Shown one piece after another: positions 46,262 to 59,331 of a stretch of 64,000 nucleotides of DNA; the stretch's first letter is position 1, and each line of letters starts with the position of its first letter. Source of the DNA: Zygnema circumcarinatum SAG 698-1b (lineage: Eukaryota > Plantae > Zygnematophyceae); assembly GCA_037447605.1 (NCBI GenBank), contig CM074815.1, positions 2,046,001 through 2,110,000 of the forward strand. Direction: 5' to 3'. The notes beneath the pieces are model-generated. The model saw nothing but the letters and a program-made list of their open reading frames with translations. It ran no database searches and was not told the origin of the DNA. Position numbers and translations under genes: made by a program.

Positions 46262-49126
46262 TTATGTCACATCATATTCCGTGATGTTCAATTCTCCGTT
46301 GTTTCTGAAGATTTCATCCATTGCCGCACTCCTAATCAGAAGCTCTGTCGTGACCTGCAGCATCCTCAGACAGTGCCTCGGAGAGTCAGACAGCACAGCC
46401 GACAACGCAACTTCCACGTGGTCTAGAGAGGGATGCCTCAAGCATTGACCCAATCCCCATTCCTCCCGTCCCTCTCCCTCTCCTTTCAACCAAACTCTTC
46501 TTCCCACCTCCTCTCCTCCCCGCTTTCCCCCCTCCCCCCCCCCCCCCCCCCCATTCTCCGGTCCTGAGGCTCACCTGTTGAAAAACATCGCTGCAGCCTA
46601 CTTCAGTAAAGCCCTGCACACCCACCGAGTAGAAGGTGTCCCCATGTCCTTAAATTCCACACCGATTTCCTGTGCAGGTCAGCTTCTACAAACATTACAT
46701 CGAACCACAAGCTGGATTCAATGTGAAAGGATGGGGATGGGATGGGGTCTTGTGGACCCCATCCTTTTAAGATATTTCACTTACGAGTTTATGGAAAAGC
46801 TGACGAGATGCCGCATTCTTGAACCCAATTTTCGCACGGAAAGTACGGATGCCCAATTTTGTGGCTGCATATACCATCATGAGTTGAAGTGCTTCCTTTC
46901 CGATCCCTCTTTCCCGACTGCCACAAAAGCAAATAGCCGTCATGAGCCTATTTCTGCTGTAGCTGAAGTACAGGTCCCATGTTGCAAACTCATCTGTCAT
47001 AAAAAAGGCCCCAAAGATCCACAGACACACATGAGTTTGGTTCTTCTGGAACCCTAGAAACTATATGCTGACAACAGGTTGCAATAATGAGTTGAGGAGC
47101 CCTTAACCTTCATAAAATGCGCTTCAGTGAGCTCAAAACCATACACCCTAAACTTGCTTTCATGTTTTCTGCCTTACAACTGATCTCCAACTGTAGCATC
47201 GTTAGATTTTGCTTCGATTGCAAGGCAGCTTCTACACAAGCAATGACAGTGCATGTCGGCTGCTGAATAGTAGATATATAGAGGGTCAATGACTACCATT
47301 ACCAGTGCAAACTGTCACTGAAAACTCAACCTTTCCTAAGGCAGAACATGATTATACCAAAACCAAAGAAACAGTGTCCAAAAACTGCAGATCTCCGTTT
47401 CCAAATGAGTTTTATGGTCGAACTGTTCTACCTCAAACAACAGAATTTTGGTCTAGTAAGCCTGCTATCACCAGTTTGGAGTTTAGAAATTTCAGAGTAA
47501 AAAAGATATTGACCTGGTTGCCTCAGCCACCATGACCTCTATTTCAGCGGCTGCCTCGTCCTCAGCATCATTGAGGAATAAGTTCACATCTCCAACCATG
47601 GCTGCACAAGTGCCAAAAAGTCCGATAAGCTATGTAAGGAGCAGCAAAGAGAGGCATCATCCACAAAAACCTGCAGCAATTTCTAGGACAGACCATAAGT
47701 AAACTCCAAGTGCAATCTGTGAAGTTAGCAGGAAGACATCAGTTAAAGCCAACAAGAGTGCATGCCCGTTTAAGAATGAGACAAAGGGAGGGAGAGGGAG
47801 AGGAGGGCGGGGAGAAGGGGGAGTGAAGGTGGGGTGGGGGGAAGGGGGAGGGGGAGAGGGAGAAGAGCGAGAGGGGGAGGGAGAATTATCCTCGGCCAAA
47901 GGCTGGCGTACGTTAGAATGACAAACCTTCAAGAAAAGGTGGTGCCGCAGCGGGAGTCACCAGTAGTTTATTAAGAACAATAAAGGTACATTCTGTGGAT
48001 CACAACGGAACAATGCTTTTTTTAGTCATGGAGTATAGTGAGCATGGCATTCTCACTTCACATTACCCCTATCTCAACCTTTCCAGATCCAATAAAGAGT
48101 CTCTGTTGAAGACGTCATAATTATGCACACTACCTTGCAATGGTTACTGGCGCAACTCTCGAGAAGCGAGAAAGAGAACGCAAGGTAAAAAAAATTTAAA
48201 GAAAAGAAATAAAGGATGGGCGACCAGAAGCAGATTTTTTAGCATTTGCATGGCAAAAGGGCGTACTTAGAGAATCTTCCGCCCAGCTCTTCTGCATATC
48301 AAATTCTTCAACTTCACTCAAGGGCTCCGATGCTGTAGTCTCTTGTAAAAATGGATCCTGCACACAGGTCCACGCGCCAAAAGTCTCAGCAAGTTCAAAC
48401 AGTGCTATTGAATCTTACAATGTCGTTATCGCCTCCACAGTCAGGAATAGGAGGAAAAGTCAATAAGATGGAAATCAGAGGAGTTGAGAAAACGCACTTA
48501 AGTCACATATTCCAATAGACAATAAATTGCAAGAAACATTTTCTGAAGGTAAATGCAGGTTCTCCAAGCAAGACAGTGCAAAAGTGATCGAGCTTGTCAA
48601 TTAAAAAGATGTAAGACGAAGCAGTAAGAAAGACATGCAGTCCAACAGTGAAACTTAGAATCAATATTCTCTGCTCCCAAAAGCGTTAATCGCGTGAGGG
48701 AACCTACTTGCATCCATTGATGATACTTCAGAACATGCTCCCTTCTATAGGGGACCAATATTGCCTGCAAAAAATCACCAATGGCAAAATAATCAACTTC
48801 ACGCTGCATTTCAGCGTCTGCTCCCTTTCAAGTCAAAAACATGCTGACGTTCTTCTGGCGGTACTCAAATTCCAATTCTGCTTTCTTTTTCTGTTTACTA
48901 CTTTGCAGCAGGTGCGGCGTCAAGACTCTTGTACTAAGCCGGAAAGCAAAAAACCTGCCAATACATTTTCCGTTTTAAACAAACATTCAGGATGCTTCGG
49001 GGCAGTCACACGGACAGGTTTACAAAAAGAAAAAAAAAAAACGAGGGAGGGGGAGGAAAATGACGAAGCAGAAAATCAATGGCATACCTTGTTGCCGTCA
49101 ATTCGCGTGTTCTGATTTATTCTCAT
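46262..49126 (-). CDS. NAT9: GNAT N-acetyltransferase 9-like, 8 exons
   Basis: Spliced product [46 protein letters not shown]...MQKSW-KCTFIVL-AMVGDVNLFLND...AEIEVMVAE-RERGIGKEAL...FRAKIG-GFTEV-VT. Confidence 0.93.
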
Positions 49127-49244
49127 TTTCGCAACCAGACGACTGAGAAGCAGAACCAGCAAAGAAATTTGCTTCGCTGAACGACCTCAAGGAAGTGCAG
49201 GAGACGACCATGACCAACATTTTGGTTCGCACCGGCTTCCAAGT

Positions 49245-50308
49245 CATCGGACGGCCAGCATTGCTTTGAGCCATCGGACGGCCAGTATTGCTTCAAGAAA
49301 TCCGACGGCCAGAGTTTCTTCGGAACATCGGACGGCCAAAATTACTTCTAATCATCGGACGGCAAGCATTGCTTCGAACCATCGGACGGCTAACATGTCT
49401 TCAAGATATCGGACGGCCAGGATTTCTTTAAGCCACCGGACAGCCAGATTTTCTTCAAGCCATCGGACGGCAAATATTTCTTAGAGCAATCGGACGGCTA
49501 GAATTTCCTTAAGCCATCGGACGGCCAGAATGTCTTCAAGCCATCGGAAGGACAGCATTGCTTCGAACCATCGGACGGCCAAAATTTCTTCAAGCCATCG
49601 GACGGCCAGCATTCCTTCAAACCATCGGACGGCAAGCATTTCTTTAAGCCATCGGACGGCTAATATTGCTTCAAGCCATCGGAAGGACAGCATTGCTTCG
49701 AACCATCGGACAGTCAGTATTTCTTCAAGCCATCGGACGGCCATAATTTCTTTAAACCATCGGACGGCTAGCATTCCTCCAAGCCATCGGACGGCTAACA
49801 TTGATTTAAGACATCGGACGGCCAGAATTTCTTTAAGCCATCGGAAGGACAGCATTGCTTCGAGCCATCGGACGGCCATAACTTCTCCAAGCCATCGGAC
49901 GGCAAAAATTGCTTTGAGCTATCGGACGCCCAGGATTTCTTCAAGGCATCGGACGGCAAGCATTGCTTTGAGCCACCGGACGGCTAGAATTGCTTTAGAA
50001 TATCGGACGTCCAGGTTTGCTTTGAGCCATCGAACGGCCAGAATTTCTTCAAGTCATCGGACGGCAAGCATTGCTTGGAGCCATCGGACGGCCAGCATTG
50101 CTTCAAGCCATCGGACGGCCAGCAATGCTTTGAGCCATCGGACGGGCAGCATTGCTTCCAGCCATCGGACGGCTAGCAGTGCTTCGAGCTATCGGACGGC
50201 CAGCATTGCTTTGGGCCATCGGACGGCAAGCATTGCTTCGAGCCATCGGACGGCGGACATGGGGTGCAATCTATCGGACGGCCAGCGCTGCTTCAAGCCA
50301 TCGGACGG
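49245..50308. repeat. 27-bp minisatellite, about 40 units, conserved core CATCGGACGG
   Basis: First core at 49245 and last at 50299 (1054 bp = 39 x 27 + 1). Consensus approximately CATCGGACGGCCAGCATTGCTTCAAGC. Confidence 0.95.
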
Positions 50309-50850
50309 CTTCAAAACCACGGCTCGAAAGGCACCAGTCGAAAGGCACCCCCCCACGTCAATTACGACGGACAGGAAATGCCCATTGGACATGCGTAAAG
50401 CTTACAAGGGAAGAGAAGTGGCATTGAACTCACGATGGCGAGGCCATCAAATGAACATGGACAATGTCAGCATGGGGAACCACGAGGAACTGGACAAGAC
50501 ATACACGTATAAGGTATAAGGTATATTCTCCCTATGTTATGAAAAACATCTTCTCAACATGCCACTTCCTTCTCTTCTCAACATGGGGAGGTACATCCCT
50601 ATAAAAAGTACACTTCAAGCCCTTGCCTACCTCCACCTCAGCTCCTGACAACGAACGAAATCAATACAAAGGAGAAGTCTCTCTCTCTGCTCTACACCAA
50701 GGCAGTCCTGCCGCTTCCCTTTCACAGCTAAGTCTTCAGTATGCTTCAAACCATTTGGCCTGTAATGCTGAACGAACTCTTGCAGGAGTTGGAGGCATTG
50801 AGAAGAGGTTAAATTTACGAATGCTTCAGGAACTACTTCTCCAAGCGTTG

Positions 50851-53443
50851 TCACCTTTCCTTGAGTTCTGCCTCGAACTCCTCCAAGCGCTGCCGAATTG
50901 CAGAAGTGATAGGCTTCATCGCTCGAGTCAAGGCATCTCTCTTTTCTTTCCGCAAGGAGTCTGAATTATCTATCGTCACTTGCACCTGTACATCTCAACC
51001 GACCAAGGAAGCATTGAACTGCATGAAGCAGAGGGGCCCTAGACGAGTGCGACCTCAGCTTGCATGGAGATGAGCTTTTCGGCCAAAAAGTGCTGAAAGC
51101 ATAAGGAGGTCAAATCATCTGGATACCTATGCGTTCCTTCTATACAACTACCTGACTGTCTTAACCAGTAACTGGGCTTAAACGCTAAATTCCCAAGGAT
51201 GAAACATTAACACCATACCAAGGGTCCCCAATGAGTGTACACCTTAAGGTAACCGAATACAGAGAGAACGCCCCTAAACAATGCAGCAGATAAGAAGAGT
51301 TGAAGTTCACCTCGCTTTCTTCAAACTCGCCACATGAGAATTCCGGAATGTCTAACGATCCTTTGACTTGCCTGGAGTCCTTGAAACTTCTGCTGCAGGA
51401 GCCTGCACAGACATTGCCGAGAATTTAATCATTGTTTGTCCTACAAAGCCAACAGATAACTCAATAATAAATCACGACGTGAATGATGGGGTGATGCAGG
51501 CTGTGTGCAATGCGTCCCCTTAATGTATATGGATAACAAGTCATCCACTTAAACCAACTAAAGACTTCCGTGATTCTTTACACCAGACTTTTTTCAGGCT
51601 GCTAAGAAAGAGTGTCATGTCATGAAAAACAGAGGAGCTCTAAACAGCCAAGTGCGTCTACTTTGCCAATTGCTTGTTCCTTTGCTAGAACCACACCCCA
51701 CACGACGTCGTTTCTTTCCAGGTGTGTCCATTAGTTGGAAAGACCTATGGCAGCGCCGTCTTGCAGCATCTGCCTCTCTATCTGTTCCCATTTTAAATGC
51801 TCTCTTCTCCCTTTTCTCACTCATCCCTCTCCTCCTTCCTCCCTCATCTTTCCTATTTTCTCCTCTTCCAGCCTTCGATATCCTTTTTTAGCAAACGTTG
51901 TTCCATTTTTCTTTTTTCAACTTGCTATCAGCTTTTGTAATTTTAAAATGCTCAAGAATAGCTTCAGTAACCTTACAAAATGGATTCTTGTCCAAGTCCA
52001 TGTGCTAAAGTCAAATCAAGTCAAGACAAGTCAACTTGTCAATACCTTCGAAGCCCAATTTCAGCTCCAGAGTGTATCCATGCCGTTTCTTATTGCGGAC
52101 GATCACCAGTGTGGCCTGCATAAATCAGGCGCATAAAATTGATCGCCAAATGATATCACCATATGTCCAAATGACGCTAACTGATTATTTGGATACATGC
52201 ATGGAATGAGCCTTAAGCCTCGTTTTGGTCGCCGGAATCTTCAGAGAGTGCATGTTCATCAAAAGAGACACAGGTATTTGCGTCTGATGTCTGAATGTCG
52301 TCTGAATGTCAAAGAAAGTACTGCGCCTTTTCGACGAAAAGTAATCTAACAACAGCAGATAGAGAAAACATGCACACTAAAAATACTGCCTGAAGTGCTA
52401 AACTTCTTATACTGCAAGAAGAACGGCAGAAGACTTACCTCTATAGTGCAGTTCTTCACGCTTACACTGAACTTTTGGGATGTTCCCTCCAATACAATGT
52501 TCTGACTGAACTTCATTTTCTCCTGCAGAAACAGACAGGCGGACGCCAACATGTGAGAACTTCCGGTTAATGTGCAATCCAGCAACTTCTCCATCTTCTT
52601 CATCATCATCTTCTTCTTCTTCATTCTCATTCTTCTTCATCATCTTCTTCTTCATCACTTCTTCATCATCTTCTTCTTCTTCATCTTCTTCATCATCTTC
52701 TTCGGCATTTCCCGTAATTGATTCCATTCAATTTCAGGCTGCTGAAACCAATTTTCGACAGTTCAAATTCCGCAATTTGCAGAAAACGAGGACTTCACTT
52801 GAGAAAAAGTACAGCATTTCAAGCCCTGCGACAGCAAGAGCCTGCTCCGACAGGCCTCCCGTTCACCACTGAACCTTGAGCGACAAGAATCGCCAACTGC
52901 ATTGCTCAATTTTCTTCTCAGAAGGAAAGGTGATGCTCACAGTTATTCTCTCCTTCGCCCACTCCGTCAGATTCCGTTCCTCCCAGGTCCCGGCCTGTCA
53001 GCATTACACACGTCACCTACACAACTCAGTCTCTACAACGCAGAGATTCATAAGAGAACACCCCCCATATACCAAGCATACAAATAAGAACCCTCAAAAA
53101 ATACATATACATCACTTATGAACGAGGACAGGGAAGTAGAAACCATAGAAGCAAGCAAGCAGATTCCTTGAGCAAATGAACTGTTTCAAGTTGTTTGGCG
53201 TGCAATTTGGACCAGGTATTTCTAAAAGCGCAGGCATTTCGAAGAGATGGAAGCAACAAGCTCCACCTGGTTCCACAAGGAGCCTGGGCTTTGAGACCTA
53301 TGCACGGCAGCAAGCTCTGCTTCGCTCAGCTTCTTCGGAACTGCCAACGGAGCACGCTGTTCTATGTTGTCCCCAGGCTTCCCAACCCAGTATGTGTACG
53401 AGAGCTGCGAGTCCCTGCCCTCAGGCGACGGCGTGGACGCCAT
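50851..53443 (-). CDS. Activator of Hsp90 ATPase N-terminal-domain protein (Aha1_N, At5g58110-like), 6 exons
   Basis: SYTYWV, PLAVPKKL, GSLWNQ-AGTWEERNLTEWAKERI, ATLVIVRNKKRHGYTLEL, VKGSLDIPEFS, IRQRLEEFEAELKER-stop. Confidence 0.88.
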
Positions 53444-53859
53444 CCTTTCAAGCCTTTTGTCGTCGTTTCAGGCAGCCTTAGGGCTTCAAGGCCTGTTAAG
53501 AGCCTTTTTTCCGTGTCTCAGGGCTAGTAGAATCGATGCTTTCAAGTTTCAGAGGCTTTTATGGTTGCAATGCTCTTCGTTTTAGGGTTTTTGGGATTCG
53601 GATTGTACAAATCCCGAGGTGGTTATGCTTGCAAGACTTCTTTAACTATGCGCTGTTCTCCGCTTGCGCTTCTCATAATGCCATGATCCTTGATAAGCCT
53701 GAATGTTACGGGAGTGAAAACATGAGAGAATTGAAGCGAATGGATGGCCGCGGGCAGGCGCGAGAGGCAGCCCGCCATGGACGGCTGAGAAAGCCAAGCA
53801 GGAAAAAGAAGCCCTTTTCTCCGTTGTAAAACCAGAGGAGTTTTGGCCAATGAAACTAC

Positions 53860-53887
53860 GCCACGTGTACAGTTTTTAACACGTGGC
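53860..53887. promoter_or_regulatory. Inverted pair of G-box/ABRE motifs upstream of the Aha1_N gene
   Basis: GCCACGTGT-N10-ACACGTGGC, a perfect 9-bp inverted repeat about 420 bp upstream of the ATG at 53443. Confidence 0.5.
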
Positions 53888-54137
53888 GATCCGTTATTGG
53901 CCGATGCCGCCTGTAAGCGGGGCCGGACCGAACTGCCGAAGCGCCTGCGAGGACCACGGTCCGTACGCTCTTGGTGATGGGGATGGGACTCGTACGGAGA
54001 GGGGGCATGCATGCCATGAAAGGCAGGCACATGCATGCATGCAAGCACATGGCCAACAGCAACACGGGGAACCACGAGGAGCCAGCCGCCCACAAAAGAC
54101 CCAGGGACGAAGGAAAGGAGCCATGAGAGCAACTTTC

Positions 54138-54317
54138 GCACAGGTCAGACCATTGGATCAGCCATTCCCAATGGTTGTGAACCATTAGATCGCGAGCCAG
54201 CCAACCATTGCCAATGATTGGAACCATTGGGCAACCATTGCCATCCAATGGTTGCGAACCATTGGCTCCATCCAATGGTATGTCCATTGGTTTCCGATTC
54301 AATGGTCCGACCTGTGC
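54138..54317. mobile_element. 180-bp MITE-like member of the AACCATTG family with 18-bp TIRs
   Basis: GCACAGGTCAGACCATTG ... CAATGGTCCGACCTGTGC (17/18 inverted identity); the interior is made of AACCATTG/CAATGGT motifs. AACTTT occurs on both flanks, but not as an exact TSD. Confidence 0.65.
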
Positions 54318-55436
54318 AACTTTGCTGCCAGGCCCACCAGCACCACCACCACCACTAACAACAACAACAACAACATGGCTCTAGCCGGCAGCCGAGACGG
54401 GCGCCCCCGCGGAGCAGGTTGGGTACCATGCGCCGCCCCATGCCTAACAATGCGGCCGCCGACTGCCGTACACATTGACGTCCGTCCAGTCGTCCAACCG
54501 TCTGTCACCGTCGTCAATTCGTACATCTTAGTAAGGCCTCCATGCTGCCACCTTTGTCGTACTGTACAGTATGACAGGACAGCATGGGGTACGAAAAATC
54601 CAGTTCCGTAACCCGTAAAACAGCTGCGCTGTGAAACTGAGCGGATTTCAGAACTCACACATAGAACCGTTTCGCTGCCCTGGCTGGGTGCCTGCCTGCC
54701 TCGGGCGGCCATGGCTCCTGCCGGCCGGCCATGGCAGCGCTGCCAGGGCGCATGCGGCGAGGGGGGGGGGCGGGGGCGAGGAACATGGCGGCGCATGAAC
54801 TGATGGATGGGTATGTGCAGGAGGTCATCAGGATGGCCATGATGGCACGGTAGGGGCTGCGACGCATGGGGGAAAGACTTTCTATGGCATTAACCTGGCG
54901 GACCTTTGGATGCACAGATAAAAAGGAATGGAGCAAGTGAATTAGGGTTGCCACGCATGCTAGTTTGTTTCACTTAATTTTCGGCTGATAATGCTCCCGG
55001 TTTAAGGTTGGGGCAGCAGCAGCCAGCTGTGCCATTCGCAGCGCACCTTGCCCTCCGAACCTCCCATTCCTCATTCACCTCCTTTCTTTACTCCTAGTCG
55101 TCCTTTACCTCAATTCTTTTGTTGATCTTCCTCCTCCACCTCCCACCCCTGCTGCGCCTCCTCCGCCTTCTCCTCTTCCCCACTCCTCTCCCCACTCGCC
55201 ATCGTCGTCCCCTCCTCCTTCCTCACCCTCCCCTCCCCTCGGCTCTCCCTCTCCCCCTCCTTTCTCCTCCCTCCGTCGTCCCCCGCCTCCCCCTCTCTCT
55301 CGTCCTCTCCTCCCTTCCCACCTTCTCCTTCCCCCCCTCCCCTTCCCTTCACCCTGCCTCTCCCTTCTCCCTCTCCGCTCCCCCTTCCCTCTTCTCTCCC
55401 CTCTCTTCCACCCTCCTGCTCCTCCTCCGCCCGACC

Positions 55437-58329
55437 ATGAAGGGCCATGAGAAGGTTCTGGCTACAGCGCAGCAGATAGTGATGAACTTGACGGACAAAG
55501 ACGGCGCGCGGCCGCAAGAGCTTATCCGCGAGTTCAGTCAGTTCGATCCTCGCTTTGCAGACCTGCAGAGCAATGTGCGAAAGGGAGGGAAGGGCTCAGT
55601 GGGCGAGGCAGGAAAGGTGCTTGATTTAGCAGAAGTGAATTTAAGGCCGTGGATCGGAAATACGGAAGTAGCAGGAGGAGCACACTTGTGGGAGGGACCC
55701 AGGGGTGATATCGACGCCTTTCTGCTTGCAGTTGATCAAGTACAGTTTGTTCTTGGAATCTGCGGAGCGGCTTCAGATGGAGCGCAAGTTCAGGAAAAAG
55801 CTCAAGTGCTTCTAAGGCTCAGCATAGCAAGAATAGAGGAGGAGTTACGGCACCTCTTGGAAGTTTATTCGAAGCCGTATTATGCAGAAGCAAGAGAAGC
55901 TGCAACAGCAAACCCACCGGATGCAGTTTCTTTAGCAGGTACTGACGCCGGGCAGGGGGAGACAAATCTTGTAAGGCTGCCGTTAGTCTCGGAGAGTGTG
56001 GAGGGATCATTGAGGGAGCTAGTAACGAAGCTTTTGAAGGCGGGTTTTCCGCAGAGCGCTATGTCATGTTACAAGCGAATTAGAAAAGGAGTTATAGATC
56101 AAACACTGGCAAAATTAGGGTTGCTGCCCCTCTCAGGAGATGAAATCCATCGACTTGATTGGGATGAATTGGAAAAAAGAATCGACGTATGGCAGCAATC
56201 CGTCGGCATCGCTATCCGCATTGTGTTTGCCAGCGAGAGAGCCCTCTGCGATAAAGTATTTGTTGATGAACAGGTAAGGAAACCATTTTTTTTTCCCATT
56301 TTTGGGCTTAACAATAAAAAGACAGCATTCTTTGTGAGACAACCCGCCTCAACCTATCACATTTAAAGCCACTTTTGAAGTTTCCGGTTTTTTCTAGGTG
56401 TATTCATATCCTGATTCCCCTCTTCTTACTTTAATTAAGCCGGCTAGGGCTTCTCTTCTTTTAGTTGTCTCTTCCTGCTCTGCCTGCCGATTTTCTGACC
56501 TTACAAACCCTCACACTACCTCCCATTCTTTGGAATTATGGGTCGTTTTCTATTGCTGGTTTGCCCAGTTTGCAGAAGTCTGTTTGGCAGATTTGGCTCT
56601 GGGGGGAGTGTCGATGTTGCTCGGGTTCAGCGAGTCGGTGGCATCCGGAAAACGGTCTCCCGAGAAATTGTTTCGAGTGCTTGAGATGTACGAGACGGTG
56701 CGGGATTTTACGCCCAATTTTTATGCAGTTTTCTCAGGTAGAACTGGGACATTTTCTCACCTAATTTCCCTCTTTAGTTCAAATGCTTGGCAGTAGCCAT
56801 CCTCCTCTCCCCTCTCGCTCTCTCGCCGTCCTACCTCTCTCTCGTCCTGCCTGTCCTTCTCTCCCCCCCCCCCCTCCCTCGATTTTGTCCTCCTCGACTT
56901 TCTCCCTCCCTATGTCTCTCCCCCTTTCTCTCCCACTTTTTGTCCTTGCTCTATCTCTTGCTGAAGCTCGTCCTCTCTCTGTTGTGCTCCCCCAGGAGAC
57001 GCATGCAAGCACCTTCGCGACAACTGCGAAATAGCACTTCTGCGCATAAGTGATGCTGCACAGGGAATTTTTTCTGAGTTCGAAAATGCCATAAAAAGGG
57101 ATGCAACAAAGCAGAAGTTGGCTGGTGGGGCAGTGCACGGCTTAACAAGATATGTGGTGAACTATCTCATTCTTCTGTACGACTATAGAAGCACAGTCAG
57201 CCAAGTTTTTCGACGGCAGGGAAATGGCTTCCCTGTGCCAAAACTGCTGGCTGAGCAGCAGATGGAGGGAGAGGAGGAAGGGTTTAGCGATGACGACAAT
57301 TCGGATGAGGGGGATGAAAACAGGAAATCAGAGCAGTGGGCACTTGCAGAGACAAACAAGTGGAAGTTGCATGTTTTGCAAAAAAATTTGGAAGAAAAGG
57401 CAAAGCTCTACGAAGATCCTGCAGAGGGTCACGTATTCATGATGAATAACATTCACTATATAGCAAGTAAGGTAAGGGCTGAGAGAAGAAGAGAGAGAGA
57501 GAGGGGGGGGGGGGGGGGAAGGGAAGAGAAGGAGGGTGGGGAGGGGGAGGAGGAAGGGGAGAGTGAAAGATGGAAAGGTGCAGTTGCAGGGAGAGGGCGG
57601 AAGGATGCAGGGGGAGGGGTCGGAGAGAAGCAGTGTGAGAGAGGATATTGGAGGGAGAAGCGAGATTGAGAGATGGAGTTTTGTAAGTGTTTGATGGTGG
57701 AGTGGGAGGTTCGTCGTTTTCCTTTGCAGGTTAAATTTTCGGACCTACGCGGCCTCGTGGGAGACGACTGGATTCGGCAGCAGGCAGCCGCTGTGCGGCA
57801 TCACGCCAACATGTACCAACGGCAGACATGGACCAAGCTTCTCAACTGCCTTCGAGACGACCTCGCCCCCTCCAAGGAAGGCGCGTCCATCAGCAGGAAT
57901 GCCCTGAAGGTGGCTTTCAGTACCCTCTGTGAAATTGAAGCTCTGTTCACACGGTATCCTGCTACATTGTGTGTATGTGTGTGTGGGAGAAAAGAGAAAG
58001 AGAGAGAGAAAAAGGGGGGGAGGGGGGGGTGGAAACGTTCTAACCTTGCTGCATTCCTACTTATAATTTTCCAGGATAGGTTCAAGCAGTGCAATGCCAT
58101 CTTGGAGGAGATTCACCGCGTGCAGTCCCAATGGGTGGTGCCGGAGACCCCTCTGCGGGAGGAGCTGCGCGCCGCCATCACAGAGCGTCTTTTGGGCAGC
58201 TACCGCTCCTTCTACGGCCGCTACGCGCGCGTGCTCGAGGGGGGGAAGCACGCCAGCAAGTACATTAAGTACGCTCCCGGGGACGTGGAAGCCATGATCC
58301 GAGAGCTTTTCAAGGACCCGGACAAGTGA
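55437..58329 (+). CDS. EXO70: Exocyst complex subunit EXO70 family protein, 5 exons
   Basis: Exons 55437-56273, 56569-56737, 56996-57471, 57730-57909 and 58075-58329. Motifs LEEELRHLL, FASERALCDKVF, PEKLFRVLEMYE, GGAVHGLTRYVVNY, FMMNNIHYI, WVVPETPLREELR, YRSFYGRY, KYIKY. Confidence 0.93.
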
Positions 58330-59331
58330 TGGGACGTGATGTGACTTGACGTGGCCATGATATGCCGAGGCATGAGGGATGTAGCTGCGGGTTCGATTGT
58401 TTTTTTCTCTTTTTTTTTTATATTATCTAAAAATTTGACTGTCGGCAAATGCAGCTTTGCCATTAAGAGATGTGCAGTCCTCACGGTGGTGCGACGTTTG
58501 CTTTTAATTTGAGGGAATTCCTTCATTTGCTGACGGGAAACAAAAGCGAGCCGGATGGGTTCGCGGGTACTTCTGAATCTGTACTTGCCGATATCGCAAG
58601 ATTTAATTTGTCCATACTCATTTTCACATATTTGACAAAATTAGTATCTTTCGACTGAAAGTGATGAGTTTGATTGTGAGCTGTTATGTGTCGTGTTGGG
58701 CACTTTAACGGGGAATAGAGGAGCCCTATGGGGCTGTGCTCACATTGAAGAGCAGCTTTTTGTGAAGAGTGAACCAGTATCCCATGTTAACCACAGCGAA
58801 CAATTCATCCCTCAACCCTTCACCCCAAAACTTCAACCCCCTTACCCACTCCTCACCTAGCTCTCTCCCTCCCTTCCCCCTCCCCNNNNNNNNNNCCCCC
58901 CCCCCCCCCCCCCCCCCCCAATCCCGCCTCCCCCTTCCCCCTGAGCCCTGACAGCTTACCATGCCTGCATATGTTCACAAGTGGGGGGAGCGAGGATGAG
59001 ACAACCAAGAAAGAAAGAAATGAAAATCGCAAGAAAGTATGCACAATTATTGGAGGAGCTGCCAACGTCGGAACAACAAGGAAGCAGCACCTCTGGCCTA
59101 CCACCTACCCAAGCCCGGCTTCGGTCGGGTCTGCGGAAAAAAATCCTGAATGGATGGACACATAGAGGGACATGGACACATGCTCCGCCTCCACAAGCTG
59201 GAAGGGCAAAAAGGGAAAAACAAGAGGCTCTTATCTAGCCTATATCGCCGGATGCTGCCATGACCTTAAACAGTAAATCTCAGAAAAAAAAACGGACCCA
59301 TGTTCCTAAAAAATTGTAATGCGAATCCCGA

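Noticed and set aside
49245-50519. CRISPR array or genuine 329-aa repeat protein
   Set aside because: Linkers are variants of one sequence, not unique spacers. The frame is open because 27 is a multiple of 3; it has an internal stop near 49481 and a late frameshift. Not annotated as CDS.
52407-52727. Acidic E/D/K-rich ORF
   Set aside because: Lies in an Aha1_N intron over a TCT/TCA microsatellite; the flanking exons join in frame without it.
53450-53850. Heat-shock elements upstream of the Hsp90 co-chaperone gene
   Set aside because: No convincing nGAAnnTTCnnGAAn array seen.
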